A stretch of 60,587 bases of DNA, the filler included, from Squatina squatina (Eukaryota), in the NCBI GenBank assembly GCA_031763465.1. It is 4 parts of 3 records of this genome, joined end to end, with 100 filler letters (N's around TTAATTAATTAA, not from the genome) between each part and the next. Parts side by side here need not be neighbours in the genome. Positions count along the whole stretch, not along the records: positions 1 to 14,828 come from JARFOE010000001.1; 3 more parts are not named here. One strand, written 5' to 3'. A program made the translations under genes and the position numbers. The notes below the pieces were generated by a model. It made no database searches. It was not told the DNA's origin and saw only the letters and a program-made list of their open reading frames with translations. Every line of letters begins with the position of its first letter. Position 1 is the stretch's first letter. This document shows positions 1 through 13,068 of the stretch, piece after piece.

Positions 1-83
1 ATGCAAGATCTACACAACGTGCCTATTAGGAATCCTATGGGAAATTATTCCCTCCTTCAACTTGAAAGATGCTGTTCTTTTAC

Positions 84-216
84 CTTTTGTAAGATCATTA
101 CATTCTTTCTTCTCATCCATCACTTCCTCCTGCTCTTCTTCCTCCTGATCCTGTTCTTCTCGGACATCAGGCTGCATAGCATCAGTCTTCTTGTACTCAG
201 CTGCATCATCAGATTT
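84..216 (-). CDS. CLGN: Calmegin exon, acidic cytosolic tail
   Basis: AG/GT-bounded 133-bp exon translating KSDDAAEYKKTDAMQPDVREEQDQEEEEQEEVMDEKKECNDLTK. EYKKTD follows the TM segment in calnexin/calmegin. Confidence 0.8.
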
Positions 217-891
217 CTAAGGAGTCGTATAATTTATGTTACAACTTGGTAGCTCTTCCATGAAGATTAAACTCAAAAACCATTGTATTTCTTGGATAAA
301 TCCTGTTCAGTTATGTTTAGTCAGAGACAACAACGTCCAGGAGGAAATGGCCAAAACTGCCGAACGCTGAAGTCAGAGTTCAAAAAGGTGGTACAGTACC
401 TTGGCACAATGTTTTGAGGTTGAGGAAAATCTTTACTATAAGCACAATGAAAACATTATATTTTGATAATTGTCCTCTTCCAGTTTTCTCTCCCCTTCTG
501 AAGGCCTTTTCCTTGCAAAGTTGTAGTTCCACACAAGGCAGGCATGTTTTAGTTTTTGCCCAATTGGGCATAGACAGCAAGTGGTGGTAGACTGTGACTG
601 TGAAGCCATTGCAACAGATGCTTATGCACATTTCCTGCAGGGCTTTCTGGGTAACCAAATTGATAGTGGGAACCCAGTCCTATTTTTCTTCCATAATCCC
701 TTGAGCATGAGGCTTGCTGAGATGATGCCCAATAGCTGGTCTCTGCCTGGGTGAGGTAGAGACCAGCTAAATCAGCAGTGTCCAGGCATCAAACTTGGGG
801 TCTTCCTAATCTGTGAAACTTAGTTACTCACTGCCTGAAATTAGACAAATCACTAGAGAGACACTACAAAAGCTTTCAAGCATTTTCTTAC

Positions 892-1011
892 CTTGCTTGG
901 CCAGCAGAACAGCACAATTAGCCCTAAAGGTAAAACAGCTGTCAGGATGTAAATAATCCAGAGCCAAGGACGTTCTTCTGCAGCAGTTGTCAACTGACCC
1001 AACACACCAGG
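892..1011 (-). CDS. CLGN: Calmegin exon, transmembrane segment
   Basis: 120-bp exon (ttttcag/gtaag) encoding [44 protein letters not shown] is calmegin-like; calnexin has FCCS. Confidence 0.85.
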
Positions 1012-1636
1012 CTGAAAAGAAACAAGATAAATCTCAATCAGATCAAGCCAGCGTCAGTATTTCAACCTGATATACTTTGTTCTGGAAATATCATGATCAC
1101 TACAGGTAAACTACACCACAGGGTTTTGCCTCCATGCAAATACGTGGTAAGGATTGATTTGGTTGCAATCAGGTCAATTAAGTTTGCATTTAAACTAGCC
1201 TTTAAAACTGATCGGTTTTATCAGTGGAATGCTCTTAAAAAGCAAAACAAACTTGCCTCCGAAATGGATAGCGAGAAGTAGGAGAAATAGGTTAGATTAG
1301 GCAGGGAAAAAAGTATAATTATGGGAAAATGGGAAACTATAAAAGAGGGAAAAGACCAATAACTGCTTAGTTAAAATGCAAGTGTGCCTTTTAGTTGTAT
1401 ATAGTTAGTATTACAATAAAACTACCCCTGATCAGTGCTTTTAACATTGGGATTTTTTTTTTGAGTTTATACAGTGTGTCACAAAGTAAATAATAGATAA
1501 ACCAGTCAGCTCAGACAGGAATTTCCCCAAACCCATCAGCAATCCAAGGGTAAAAAATGCTGTCAGCTGATGCAGTTAAAAGAAAACAAATTGAAATTAA
1601 AAGAAAATCCTTTAAAATGTTTAAAAACATACTTAC

Positions 1637-1808
1637 CTTANNNNNNNNNNNNNNNNNNNNNNNNNNNNNNNNNNNNNNNNNNNNNNNNNNNNNNNNNNNN
1701 NNNNNNNNNNNNNNNNNNNNNNNNNNNNNNNNNNNNNNNNCAGGTGCAGTTTCACATTTTGGATTGGGAATCTGGGGAGCTTCCCACTCACCATCCATTT
1801 CTTCATCC
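1637..1808 (-). CDS. CLGN: Calmegin exon, P-domain (interrupted by N gap)
   Basis: Acceptor at 1809-1810, then DEEMDGEWEAPQIPNPKCETAP. Donor TAAG/gtaag on the far side of the gap. Confidence 0.8.
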
Positions 1809-2001
1809 CTGAAATGGAAATGACATTCTGATTGCATTACCCATACACATATTTACCAACTTCAAAAATAACAGAACTGAAGAAAAACGTAAGTCAACAC
1901 ATCAAAAATAGTACACAAAAACTTTAACCACCACGGGGCTGCATTGTTCGGATGCTACTTTCCTGCTCACCAAATATAGAGACATCCTACAGCACAGTAT
2001 T

Positions 2002-2687
2002 GGCCTAGAAATTGTGGTCAGAGGCGTATCTCCAGAGTATGCCTCCAACCCGCAAGACAATTATGAAATTACCTGCTGGCGCCCAGGCTGCAAAAAGCTG
2101 CAGTCTCAGGCAGAGTAATAGCCCATGGATCCCAGCGACACAGGTGGTTTGGAAGTGCACTGGGGATCACGTGGGCCCAGTCCTCAAATGACAAAGAAGA
2201 ATGCCACTGCAATGATTTACGAAGGAAATCCCCTAATGATATACAGTTAACAGAATTTTAATTACCTTCATTCACCAAACTGAATAAAAATTTAATTTTG
2301 ATAATTTCATACATTAAAACTGTAATCCAGGCCAATGGCCAATATTTGCATGAACTCATTTGATAAAGTGTATGTGCATAATTTTGGATATGTAAATATT
2401 TAGTTTAAGCCTTAGATATCCCCTTACGTTGATGCACGCATGCCCTATCCTGCTTGCATCAATTGTAAGACTTACATGGGTGATGGCTGGCCAGTTGCTG
2501 GGCAAATAGCCCAACTCTCTGCCAGCGATTCGGACACCTTGCGAAAGGCCTGTCAATGCCTACGTTGACAGGCCGCAAGTTCTGGATTTTGCGCATGTGC
2601 AAGCGATTGCGGAAATTTAGAACTTGCGGGGCATTTCAAAGGGAATACGAAGGCATGCTCTGAGAGGACGCATTGCAATTTCAGGCC
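2002..2687. mobile_element. Non-autonomous DNA transposon (PIF/Harbinger-like MITE)
   Basis: Inverted termini GGCCTAGAAATTG / CAATTTCAGGCC with imperfect subterminal inverted similarity (CAGAGTATGCCTCC vs GAAGGCATGCTCTG). A related end occurs at about 16825-16840. Confidence 0.6.
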
Positions 2688-2859
2688 AATATTTTGAAAT
2701 ACTATGCAGATACTTATTTTTCAGTGAAGATGTTGGTAAGATCATAATTAAAGCAAAATTACATGGATGTCTGCCAATATCCGTGTCTAAGGTTTCTAAC
2801 TGGTCTTTACAGATGTTTAATATTTAAAGTCAAAAGCTATGGGATTCCATTTATCTGTA

Positions 2860-3306
2860 TAGAAACATGGAACAGGAGTACACCATTTAGCACATTCAGC
2901 CTGTTTCGTCATTCAATGAGATCATGGCTGATCAGTGACCCATATCCTTTCATCGCTTTGGTCAACAGTTTGGTTAGCAAAAGTCTATCAATCTCAGATT
3001 TAAAATCAACAATTGACTAGCATCAGTTACCATTTACAGAAGAGTTCCAAACTTCTATCATCCTTTGCGCGTAGAAGTGTTTCCTAACTTCACTCCTGAA
3101 AGGTCTGTCTCTAATCATGTCCCCTCGTCCTAGATTCCCCAACCAACAAATAGTTTCTCTCTGTCTACCCTATCCGTTCCCCTTAATATTCTGAAAACGT
3201 TGATCAAATCACCCCTTAACCATCTATAAATTCCAGGGAATACAACCTTAGTTTGTGTAAAATCTCTTCATAATTTAACCGTTGGGAGTCCAGGTATCAT
3301 TCTGGT
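2860..3306 (-). mobile_element. CR1-type LINE 3' end
   Basis: Reverse-complement CR1 ORF2 C-terminus and 3' UTR (cattcaatgagatcatggctgatc), shared with many other copies in the window. Confidence 0.75.
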
Positions 3307-3627
3307 NNNNNNNNNNNNNNNNNNNNNNNNNNNNNNNNNNNNNNNNNNNNNNNNNNNNNNNNNNNNNNNNNNNNNNNNNNNNNNNNNNNNNNNNNNNNNN
3401 NNNNNNNNNNNNNNNNNNNNNNNNNNNNNNNNNNNNNNNNNNNNTGAAAGAAGATCCTTTATTTTGAAGTTGTAACTGTAGAAGTATTCAAAATTATGAA
3501 ATATATAATACAGGTCCGCATTGATAAAATGCAGAAAGAGTTTATGACACCAACATTCCAAACTAAAGATATCAAAATAAACATTAAATGAAAGCATTGC
3601 AGAAGTTCCCCGCAAGATGGTACTCAC

Positions 3628-3797
3628 CAGTCTTCAGGCTTGAGTGCATCAGGATCAGGGATCTTTGGTTTTTCATCCCAGTCTTCAGGCTTACTGTCAT
3701 TAGGGTCATCTATTTCTTTAGGTGGATTAATAGGTGGAGTCATATCCTCCAACAAATTCCCTTTACTAACAACAGTTTGGTCAATCAGCATCTCAAA
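3628..3797 (-). CDS. CLGN: Calmegin exon, lectin/P-domain junction (5' end disrupted)
   Basis: Encodes [57 protein letters not shown] and ends at a gtgagt donor. Homology stops at 3797. Confidence 0.85.
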
Positions 3798-4139
3798 GAA
3801 GAAGATAGATTAATATTCTAGGTCCAGATCTTGGTAACCTTTTAACAGTGTTAATTTTGCCATCCCAGTCGTAAAGAATTTCGGGGGGTGGTGGTTGGTG
3901 TTGGTACCCCATCCTCCCATGTTTGCAGAGTATTGTGTTGCGTTACATCAGCTGCTTTCATTTTGTCCTTCACTTTTCCTCCATCAGATGACAAGGTTGC
4001 AGTTGATTTAGAGAATTTGATGATAGATGGTATTCAAAATGCAGTGCTTATATGAGGTGGTTAAATCTGCTACAGTATTTACATAATACCAAAATTCTGC
4101 TTCAAAACTGTGAAGTTGAGACCAAGATGTCAGGGGAAA

Positions 4140-4606
4140 CAATACGTGCATTTATATAGTGCCTTTCATGACCACTGAACATCTCAAAGTGCTTTTCAGA
4201 TACTTTTACAGAAGTACTTTTTGAAGTGTAGTCACTGTTGTAATGTAGGAAATGCGGCAGCTAATTTGCGCACAGCAAGCTCCCACAAACAGCAATGTGG
4301 TAATGACCAGTTAATTTGTTTTTTTAGAGATAGTGATTGAGGGATAAATATTGCTCAGGACACGGGAGAACTCCCCTGCTCTGCTTCGAAACAGTGCTAT
4401 GGGTTCTTTTATGTCCACCTGAAAGGGCAGAAGGTGTCTTGATTTAACGTCTCATCCAAGAGACGGCACCTCCGACTGTGCAGCACTCCCTCAGCACTGT
4501 ACTGAAGCAGCAGCCTAGATTTCTGTGCTCAGGGTTCTGGAGTTGGACTTGAACCCACAACCTTCTGACTCAGAGGCGAGAGCACTACCCACTGAGCCAT
4601 GGCTGA
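4140..4606 (-). mobile_element. tRNA-derived Deu-domain SINE (SacSINE1-like), near full length
   Basis: Pol III A box TGGCTCAGTGG and B box GGTTCAAGTCC, a central Deu-like core (ggatgagacgttaaa...gcactgtttcgaagcagagcaggggagttctc) and a tail ending ctatataaatgca. Confidence 0.8.
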
Positions 4607-5024
4607 GAGCTAAAAAGGGAAATCATCTCTGGGCAATTTCATAGGGAAATAGAGCAACAATGTGAATCACAAAGTAGAAATTGCAGATATCAATTGATCT
4701 TATAATCCCCAATGAAACATATGTTGTAAGAAGCCAAGAACATGGCATTGCTGAACAAGGCTTCACCTGTGTAATCTGAAGTGGCATAAATGTAGATTAA
4801 AGATTCAGACTTATAAAGAGATGTTTAGGCTACTATCCAGAACAGCCTTGCTCAGATGAGTAGACACCAAGACATAAATGTACAAGCTGGTTTGGGACTG
4901 AAGAGGCTTCTCTCAATGGTCAACTTGCTGATGGAACTTTTGTTAAACCAGATGTCACTCTCTGCCCAGCTCACGGGCAATGTCCAACAAATGTTGTCTG
5001 GGACAGCAGGTGGGTTTTTGAAAT

Positions 5025-5115
5025 TAAAAAAACACATAAAGTGCTGGAAACTCTCAGCGGGTCAGGCAGCATCTGCGGAGAGACAAACAACGTTAACATT
5101 TCAGGTTGATGACCC
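5025..5115 (-). repeat. Penelope-like terminal repeat fragment
   Basis: gctggaaactctcagcgggtcaggcagcatctgcggagag... Same family as 15611, 16440, 30122 and 53035. Confidence 0.55.
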
Positions 5116-5981
5116 NNNNNNNNNNNNNNNNNNNNNNNNNNNNNNNNNNNNNNNNNNNNNNNNNNNNNNNNNNNNNNNNNNNNNNNNNNNNNNNNNNNNN
5201 NNNNNNNNNNNNNNNTACTGACCTAAGCAGTGGCTGTGTGTGGGAAAGGCCCCCCTTTAAGTATGATGTGGGCTGATAGGTAAGTGGAAGAATTAAGGCC
5301 AATTGAGGAATTTGTCAGCTGAATTAAACTAAGAAAATCAGCGCCAAGTATGGGCCCTTTAGTGCTGAAATTAGCACATTTTTTAAAGTTGTGAGTTTTT
5401 TTCTAAGTGCCAAATTGCTTGACTTCAAACAAAATTGCAAAGACCTGGACTTAGCGCTCCCCAATTCATCCGTTAGCATCAGAAACTCAGGGCAGTCGAA
5501 TTGGGCGCTGATAGTCTTCTTGTTTTCTTGCCTTTGAGAGTGACAACACACTCACTATATCGTCCTTACAAAAAGAAATATATATAAAGAACAATAGTGT
5601 TCACTTAATATTATAACAATAACAAATCTCAGAGAATGATGGACATTTGAAATGATTACAATGTAGAAATACAAAGGGTTGAGATGGCACCGGAAAGGGA
5701 GAGTGTGATAGGGAAACTCATTGAAGCTAATGCGAATGCAAGGTCATGTGAATATATATAATAGTAGGATTAACGTACAATCCTTAAGAACTCTTTTTCA
5801 ATTTTGGCCAGAATGTAAAATAGCAAAACTGCAAGACTAAAAATATTTCTTTGCAGTTTCAGCTTATGGCTCTTGTGTAATATACACAAATAAAAATGAA
5901 ATATAGTGGGCATAAAATACATGGTTAACTTTATAACTTAGCTTGTAATTCCACCTCAAAGATGACCAAATAGGTACTTAC

Positions 5982-6123
5982 TGGACAATTAAAGGTTCAC
6001 TTTTGAATACAAAAGGTTTCTTCAGCGGAGCTGAAATTGCATGGTGCTTTGCTTTTGACTTCAGCACCAAACCTCTGTCACCAGGCACTTTGTTTTCCAT
6101 CAACTCTTCAACTGCCCATTTTC
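5982..6123 (-). CDS. CLGN: Calmegin exon, lectin domain
   Basis: 142-bp exon encoding (G)[58 protein letters not shown] matches calmegin rather than calnexin (LPGDKGLVLMS). Confidence 0.88.
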
Positions 6124-6261
6124 CTACAAAAGGCAAGAACAGAAATTAAATTTATTGACAGGATAGACAGATACAAATCAACTAAAAATTTAACAACCTG
6201 CTTTGAACCAAAGGTGACATGAGGAAAAACTTTTTTTTTTTTTTTAATTTTTTTTAAAATA

Positions 6262-6490
6262 AATGCAGCGAGTGGTTAGGGTATGGAATGCACTTCCTGA
6301 AAGAGTGGTGGAGACAGACTCAATTGAGGCTTTCAAAAGTTGGATAAGTACCTGAAGGAAAAAAAAACTGTCGGGCTATGTTTAGAGGGTGGGGGAGTGG
6401 GACTAGCTGAAGTGTTCCTGCAGGGAGCCGGCATGGGCTCGACAGACCAAGTGACCGCCTTCCACGCTGGTAACCATGATTCTATGAATT
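6262..6490 (+). mobile_element. CR1-type LINE 3' end
   Basis: cagcgagtggttagggtatggaatgcacttcctgaaagagtggtggag (QRVVRVWNALPERVVE) followed by a 3' UTR ending catgattctatga. Confidence 0.7.
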
Positions 6491-9175
6491 TAGCACTATG
6501 ATGTTCTGATTTTGTGACAGCTACTTTAAATCTTGTCCTGCTAAACAAATGGACGTGTAAATACAACATGTAATTAACTCTTGCAGGCTCAAATGACAGA
6601 ATGTGAATTCTCTAAGGGTGAATTAATAAAATGCAACTTCATGGATATGGGGACTCAAGAAGCCAAGTCCTTAATCTCAGGTGCACCCTGGTAGGGAAGT
6701 ATAGAACACAGGAAAGCTGCTGTGTACTGCCAGGCGACCTGCTCCAAGTTCTCTGCTGTAGCCTTTCTGGATAGGCCAGGAGAAGATGCACAAAATNNNN
6801 NNNNNNNNNNNNNNNNNNNNNNNNNNNNNNNNNNNNNNNNNNNNNNNNNNNNNNNNNNNNNNNNNNNNNNNNNNNNNNNNNNNNNNNNNNNNNNNNGATC
6901 TCATTGAATGGCGGAGCAGGCTCGAAGGGCCGAATGGCCTACTCCTGCTCCTATTTTCTATGTTTCTATGTAAAGATTCAGGTCAGGCGTCCAGTGGAAT
7001 CTCTGCCAATAATAGGAAACCCACCACAGTGGAAGAGTAAAATGCAGTGGTCCACTAGCAGGCCACCCGTTGTAGCACCAGAAGAGGAGGGAGCAACAAT
7101 AAACGGGCATAAGCACTCTGAAGATTGGAAGGGATGACCCAGTGAAGGCCTCGGCTAAGACCAGGGCATTCAGCATGTAAGTGCCGGGGACAAAATGATG
7201 TTAGAGAAGCCCGCTACAAGTGCCCTACTTCCCACCTGTTGCAAGTAACGTGTGGATACCAGGAATTCCACAGGGTAGCTGGGCCCCTCTCCCTGCAGTG
7301 AATGGGGAAGGAGAAGCTAGCAGTTGTCCTGGTGGGGACAGTGGAGGAATATGTAAGTAATGGGGTGAGGTGTCTGTAGGCCTCACCATCCTAATTTTCC
7401 ATCATTCTCCACCGTTGTCCTGCTTGGCAGCAGGCGGGATATCAGAGGAGAATCCAGCCCTAAATTTCAATTGAAACTTTGAAAAAGTGCTACCGTTGGG
7501 TCGGGGGCTTAACTGTACTTTGGCAACAGGCAGCAACACATCAACTTCAATATTACATGTCTTCCAAACTAAGGGGTCCATTTTTTCCTGTGTCTAAAGT
7601 GTTCTGTTAATAAACTGACAGGAACCAATTAAAGTTTAGTAAAGCAACTTTCCTTTAACTTAATCCACAGAGCAAAATATACCAACAAGACTTCATGCAC
7701 TATCTGGTGCCAACAACATTACCACTGCCTTCGAAGCACCAGAATACTTCTTTTGGCACAAACCACAATTTGACCATTTGTTAACAGACTAAAGACCAAC
7801 CACTGCAGTGAAAAAAATCTAGTGGATAGTGTGAAAGGTATATTTTTAAAGAAACAAGAAGTTGAAGTAGCCTTGCATCTTAAGAGGTTGGGTACTCAAC
7901 TTGCAACAAAGAGATTGTAATTGTGGATGACATGGCTGCAACCTCAACTGCGTAAATTCTGTTAGTCCTTAGGCAGGTTGTTCAATGTTATACCACTCAT
8001 CTCAGGACAGGCGTGCAGAAGGAATTTACATTGCAAGTCTCCAATCGCCTGAAGCAAATGCCTGCTGTTTAGTTAAGTAATATTGACGGAAATTCAGCCA
8101 AAGTACTCTCCCATCCTCTTTTATCATGATAATGGTATGATGGTGAGTGTCTTGTAAGGAAAAAGAGAACATGAATTGTGCTGAAAAAGAGCATCCAATA
8201 TATTACTACAATCCAAACATAATTATAATTTTAGCATAATAAATTTATAAACTAAAATTAACATTTAAAGTTGCTGTAACAACAAGAACCCAGTGAAAGG
8301 GTTTANNNNNNNNNNNNNNNNNNNNNNNNNNNNNNNNNNNNNNNNNNNNNNNNNNNNNNNNNNNNNNNNNNNNNNNNNNNNNNNNNNNNNNNNNNNNNNN
8401 NNNNNAATTTAGATGTTTGGGCCACATGGCCCGAACCTGCCATGCCAGTTGCTGAAGCCAGAGGCTAGAGATCTGTAATGAAATGGAAAATATTCTATAG
8501 GTTCTGGAGTAACCCAATGCTTTTTCTCCAACTTACAAGCTGATGTATTATGGCTTGGTCACTGCATCCTTTTTAGACCATCTCTAGGATTATTGCCTGC
8601 AACTGGCCAATTTTCTATTTGAGCTGAGACTGGAAAGAATGCCTCTGTGCGGAACAAGAACCCAAGGTCTCTCTACATTTGCAGAAATCTAGCTTTCATA
8701 TGTTTATATCCAGGATAGCCTTTCAGGAAATTACCTAGTTAGCCTTGACAGGCCAAAAAATGATGCAGCAGATATATAATAGCCCAAGGTGGCAATGGTG
8801 ACTTTGGTGAGAAAAAGACTTCTACAAAATGTAATTAAACAGGAAATAAGAATTGAAATGGACTGCAGAGAAGAGTTTTAAATTAAAACAGAACCAAAAA
8901 GAATTGATAAATGGCAATTCAAATTTTACTGACATGAGAATCAAGAGTTGGATCTGCTGACAATTAAAGGAGAAAAATAACTTATAGCATGACCTTATAT
9001 AGTAGACAAAGACTTTGACAGAGAACTGATGCTTTAATTAAGCAGGTTTGCTATGAAATGGCAAGAACATTTATTAAAAACTTCCCATAATATTAAGAAC
9101 TAACAACAGCATATGCAGTCAACACACATCAAGACATTCAGCAGCAAGCTTTCACTACACAAATACTTCAGTTAC

Positions 9176-9283
9176 CTTTAGAGGCTGAAGTTTCCCAGCC
9201 AATGAAGAGTGAGTTCCCACATGCTGAAAAAGGGAAGGTTTGTAACGAATTCGCAAATTAGCTTTCTGTCTGTCACAGTGTTT
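9176..9283 (-). CDS. MGAT4D: MGAT4-family (GnT-IV) exon, probable MGAT4D by synteny
   Basis: 108-bp exon encoding [36 protein letters not shown] with ctttcag/gtaac ends. It lies upstream of CLGN on the same strand. Family is certain; paralog is inferred. Confidence 0.7.
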
Positions 9284-11217
9284 CTGAAAGAAAGAAAAAT
9301 GTGGCAAACATTAGACTTCCTTTGAATAAGCAACTTCGAACCATTGCTTCTCTGACCAGTTACTTTACCTTTCCTGTGATATGATTTACTATAGAAAATT
9401 GCATAAACTGCGCAATTATCCATTGAGAACCTATAAGCTTTTTTTGTCAATACTGCATTTAAGTGCAGTATTAAAATAAACACCACCATCTCCAGAATAT
9501 TCTGCGACCTTGGACTGCAAATGTTTGTAAGATTTCCTCTCAGACACAGTAAGGCAAAAAATTACTTAATACAAATCACACCACTTAAACTGCTCACATT
9601 TAAATTGGCTAAAAAGCAGGGCATTTGCCCCTACCATTATTACAAAGTTGCTGCTTACAGCATGCTAAGTGCACTGGGTATTTTGCACAGAAACAGATGT
9701 TCACTCAGTAGTTTGCACCTCGTTAAAGTGGGTTCTCCAATTGGGCGCTGCTGGCCGTACTAGTACACAGAGGAGCCCTGGTCAGGAAACCGTGCGCTGC
9801 CAACACCTGATTTCCATCCATTCAAATGGACAGAACATCAGGGGCTGTTGGCCTGTGGATTCTCGACTAGCACTTCCTCACATGGAGCACCTGATCGGGG
9901 AGTCAGCTCTCAGATACACTCCCAGTCTGGAAAATTCCGTGCCAGGAGTGTAAATTTGTGAAATCTACCAAACAATATACCTATCCCAGAAAAAGAAACA
10001 CCTCTCAAAATATTAGTTTTGTCTTGTCTTAACTGTAATGAAAGTGGCTGTGAAGCAACAGGAGAGATAATGGAAGCTACCCATAAGAGGAAAAGATGCC
10101 TTGCTGACTGTGTTGTATCGATGCCTGTCAATGAATTACCGGTTCATCAGCAGTAAAACAACGCACCTTACACAATTGTGGCCTGCTGCCTTTGTTCTGG
10201 GAGGAAGTAACACAGTCTGTGAAGGGTATGTCTGAATCCCGCAGAGGCACAACGAGTGCAGAATTCCTTTGCCAATATCAAGAAAGTCACTAAGGTAAAT
10301 GATTACAGTGGACAAAAGCTTAGCAAGTTCATATGACACTCGTATGTGGTGTCAACAGAAGTGTTAACACATTTTATGTAATTAGCTTAATGTCTTGATT
10401 AAAATAGCAGAGAGGAATGGCATTTAAACATAGTAAACTAATATTGGTAATATCGACAACAGTAATTTTTGCTCTATATTTTAATAAAATTGTTCTTTTT
10501 ATCCAGTACACAATTAGTTAAACTTCATTTAATTCGGGATAGAACAATTTGCTTATTGTTTTGTTAAATATATCCCTTTCCAGATTAGACTTCTGATAGG
10601 AGATTTTGAACACTTCCCTCAGTTTCAACTCAATGTGCATCATTAAGAAAATCTGCACTGAATCTTCAACCACAACAGAAAGGAAACCTTCTTAATAAGT
10701 GTAACTAACTGCAGGAATTGAAGAAGTGGAAATAAAATGAACATTGTAAATTTAATAACCACCCTCACTCCAGCTCTGAGCAGACACTTGACAAATGAAC
10801 ACGGAACAAAATGCATTCTTCAATTTTCTCTTTATCTCCCCGAATCCTGCTGGTATCTCTTCAATTCCTCACCCTCTGGCCATTCTCTGAGCCAGGGTTT
10901 AGACATTAAACGTTGGCAAGTTAAGCATCACAGTAGAGTTGGATCCAGCCCACCCTCCAAATGTGCCCGCAAGGGTCATCAGGATCAGGAACCGTGGCTC
11001 ATTGTGAACACTTCCTAGCCTGGGCACTCTGGGGTTAGCTATAAGGACCCTGTCTGCCCCCTCACAGATTAGCAATTGAACCAGGTCGGTGGTCAACTTG
11101 GTACAGTGGCGCGTTTAATCTAGCAATCTGGAGAATGCAGTCAAAACAATCCGGGTAAATTGTCCAGGATACTCTGATGGCCTCATAGAGACACAAAGAC
11201 CAAGCTCCCTCTGATGT

Positions 11218-11360
11218 TAGGGTTACCAACCCTCCAGGATTGCCATGGCATCTCCAGGAATTGAAGATTACTCTCCCAGACATGGCTGAGAGCAACCCAG
11301 GAGAAAAATCTGAGGGGTGGTAAAAACAAAGTGTTTTTTTTTCCATTTTCTTTGAGTGGC
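11218..11360. mobile_element. Partial hAT-type MITE
   Basis: Begins TAGGGTTACCAACC and matches the reverse complement of the right arm of the element at 34705-35092. Confidence 0.6.
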
Positions 11361-12399
11361 GGAGTGAATAATCAGGGCTCTGACTGATATTCAGGAACCT
11401 CAGCAATCACCGGAAATTGTTTGAATTGCTTATCGAAACCTTACCCACCAGCCTTAACTGAAGATTTGCCACTGGTTTTGAGCTTGGTGAGAACAAAAAT
11501 AACCTACCAATGTCAGATCTCCGAGTTTGTGCTTGAGTGGGTCATAGATTGGGCCCATCAACCCTTCACCCCATTGCCACACTCAGAAGTGAAGCTGGAT
11601 GGCAAGCACATGCTGGACGTGATGGCCGACTCTCTGCAAACTTGAAGAATGACTGGAAATGAAAGTTCATTGATACAGTTCAGTGATAGGTTCGCAGACA
11701 TATTAACAGTCATCTTACCTTTGCAGTCCTGACTCACAACATGTCCACCATCATCTGACTCATCAGCCTGAAGTCATCCCCAGCATAAGCTGGACACTCT
11801 TGGATTGCAAACTCANNNNNNNNNNNNNNNNNNNNNNNNNNNNNNNNNNNNNNNNNNNNNNNNNNNNNNNNNNNNNNNNNNNNNNNNNNNNNNNNNNNNN
11901 NNNNNNNNNNNNNNNCTGTAAGAGGCACATCTACTTCCTGTGACACTACTCCGTCACAATTAGTGGGCCTAATTATTATAAAACAGCATATCCTGCAACA
12001 CACCACAAGCAAAATCATCAGATATTTCTATCAGATAGTCAAATCTGCTTAATTTGAATTATTTATCAATGCAATTTGAAATCTAGTGAAATTGAAATCT
12101 GTGTTTATTAAAATTGCTTAATTTGCACTAGTGGCAAATTTGAATGTTTTACAAACAAAACAATGATTGAATGAATAATGGTGTAATATTTCAAAAAATG
12201 TTTCACACTTCAGGTATCACACATGCAAATTTCTGTGCGACAATTTAATTTATTTTTACAAGGAAGCCATCCACTTCATGCTGCATCCTTTGGAGCTCAA
12301 TTGACCTCAGGGTCTGTTGGGCGAAATTAGCTTCTAACTGACCTCTAAACATCACAGCAAGTCGACCTTGCTGTCTTAAAGGAAGACATCAAGCGACGT

Positions 12400-12580
12400 T
12401 CCTTCATCGTCGCTGGGTCAAAGTCCTGGAACTCCCTCCCTAACTGTGGGAGTACCTTCACCACACCGACTGCAGCGGATCGAGAAGAAGACCCACCACC
12501 ACCTTCTCAAGGGACATCTAGGGGATGGGCAATAAAAGTTGGCCTTCCCAGCAGCACCCACATCCTGAGAATGAATTTTA
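12400..12580 (+). mobile_element. 3' end of second CR1-clade LINE family
   Basis: Matches the tail of the element at 32320-33254 (caccaccaccttctcaagg...gggatgggcaataaa). Confidence 0.7.
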
Positions 12581-13068
12581 AGAAACTATCAAGTTACATG
12601 CAGTAGCATCTTAAGAGAAGGGCAGAAATCTGGGTGGAAACAAAATATAGGTACAACTTCCAACCAAATTGATGACAAGTTGGCTGAATGAAGGACAGTA
12701 AAGAAGGCTGTGTTTGCCATTCTTCCAAAGCACACGTATCTTACCATTGATACTTTAGAAGCACATCATAAAAGATTTTTAACATATTAATTCCATACTT
12801 TAAAAAGATTTTTTTCCTCAAACCAAATAATTCATTGCTTTTACAGCCCTTCGCCAACTGACTGTGGAAAAGTTTACATCATAGCAGTGAAATAGTTAGC
12901 TATTCTTCATCCGTCTCAATTGTCCTCAACATGTGGCAAAGACACCATTCAACTTCTAATACTCAAGCTGTGATTAATTGAAATAGGGACAGCAACAGCA
13001 ACAGATGATTATTGCAGGTTTCATTGCTGGTGTTTGAGCTACTGACCATGAAAGAGAAATGAACTTAC

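Noticed and set aside
4540-4606. tRNA gene
   Set aside because: The A and B boxes belong to the SINE head and continue into the SINE body.
4856-5010. Exon-like ORF on the plus strand between CLGN exons
   Set aside because: No recognisable homology in any frame, and it is antisense to CLGN.
8027-8150. Possible terminal exon of the MGAT4 gene on the minus strand
   Set aside because: It has a good pyrimidine tract but an AAG acceptor. The translations (TLTIIPLS* or THHHTIIMIKEDG...) show no recognisable MGAT4 similarity, and a gap separates it from the gene.
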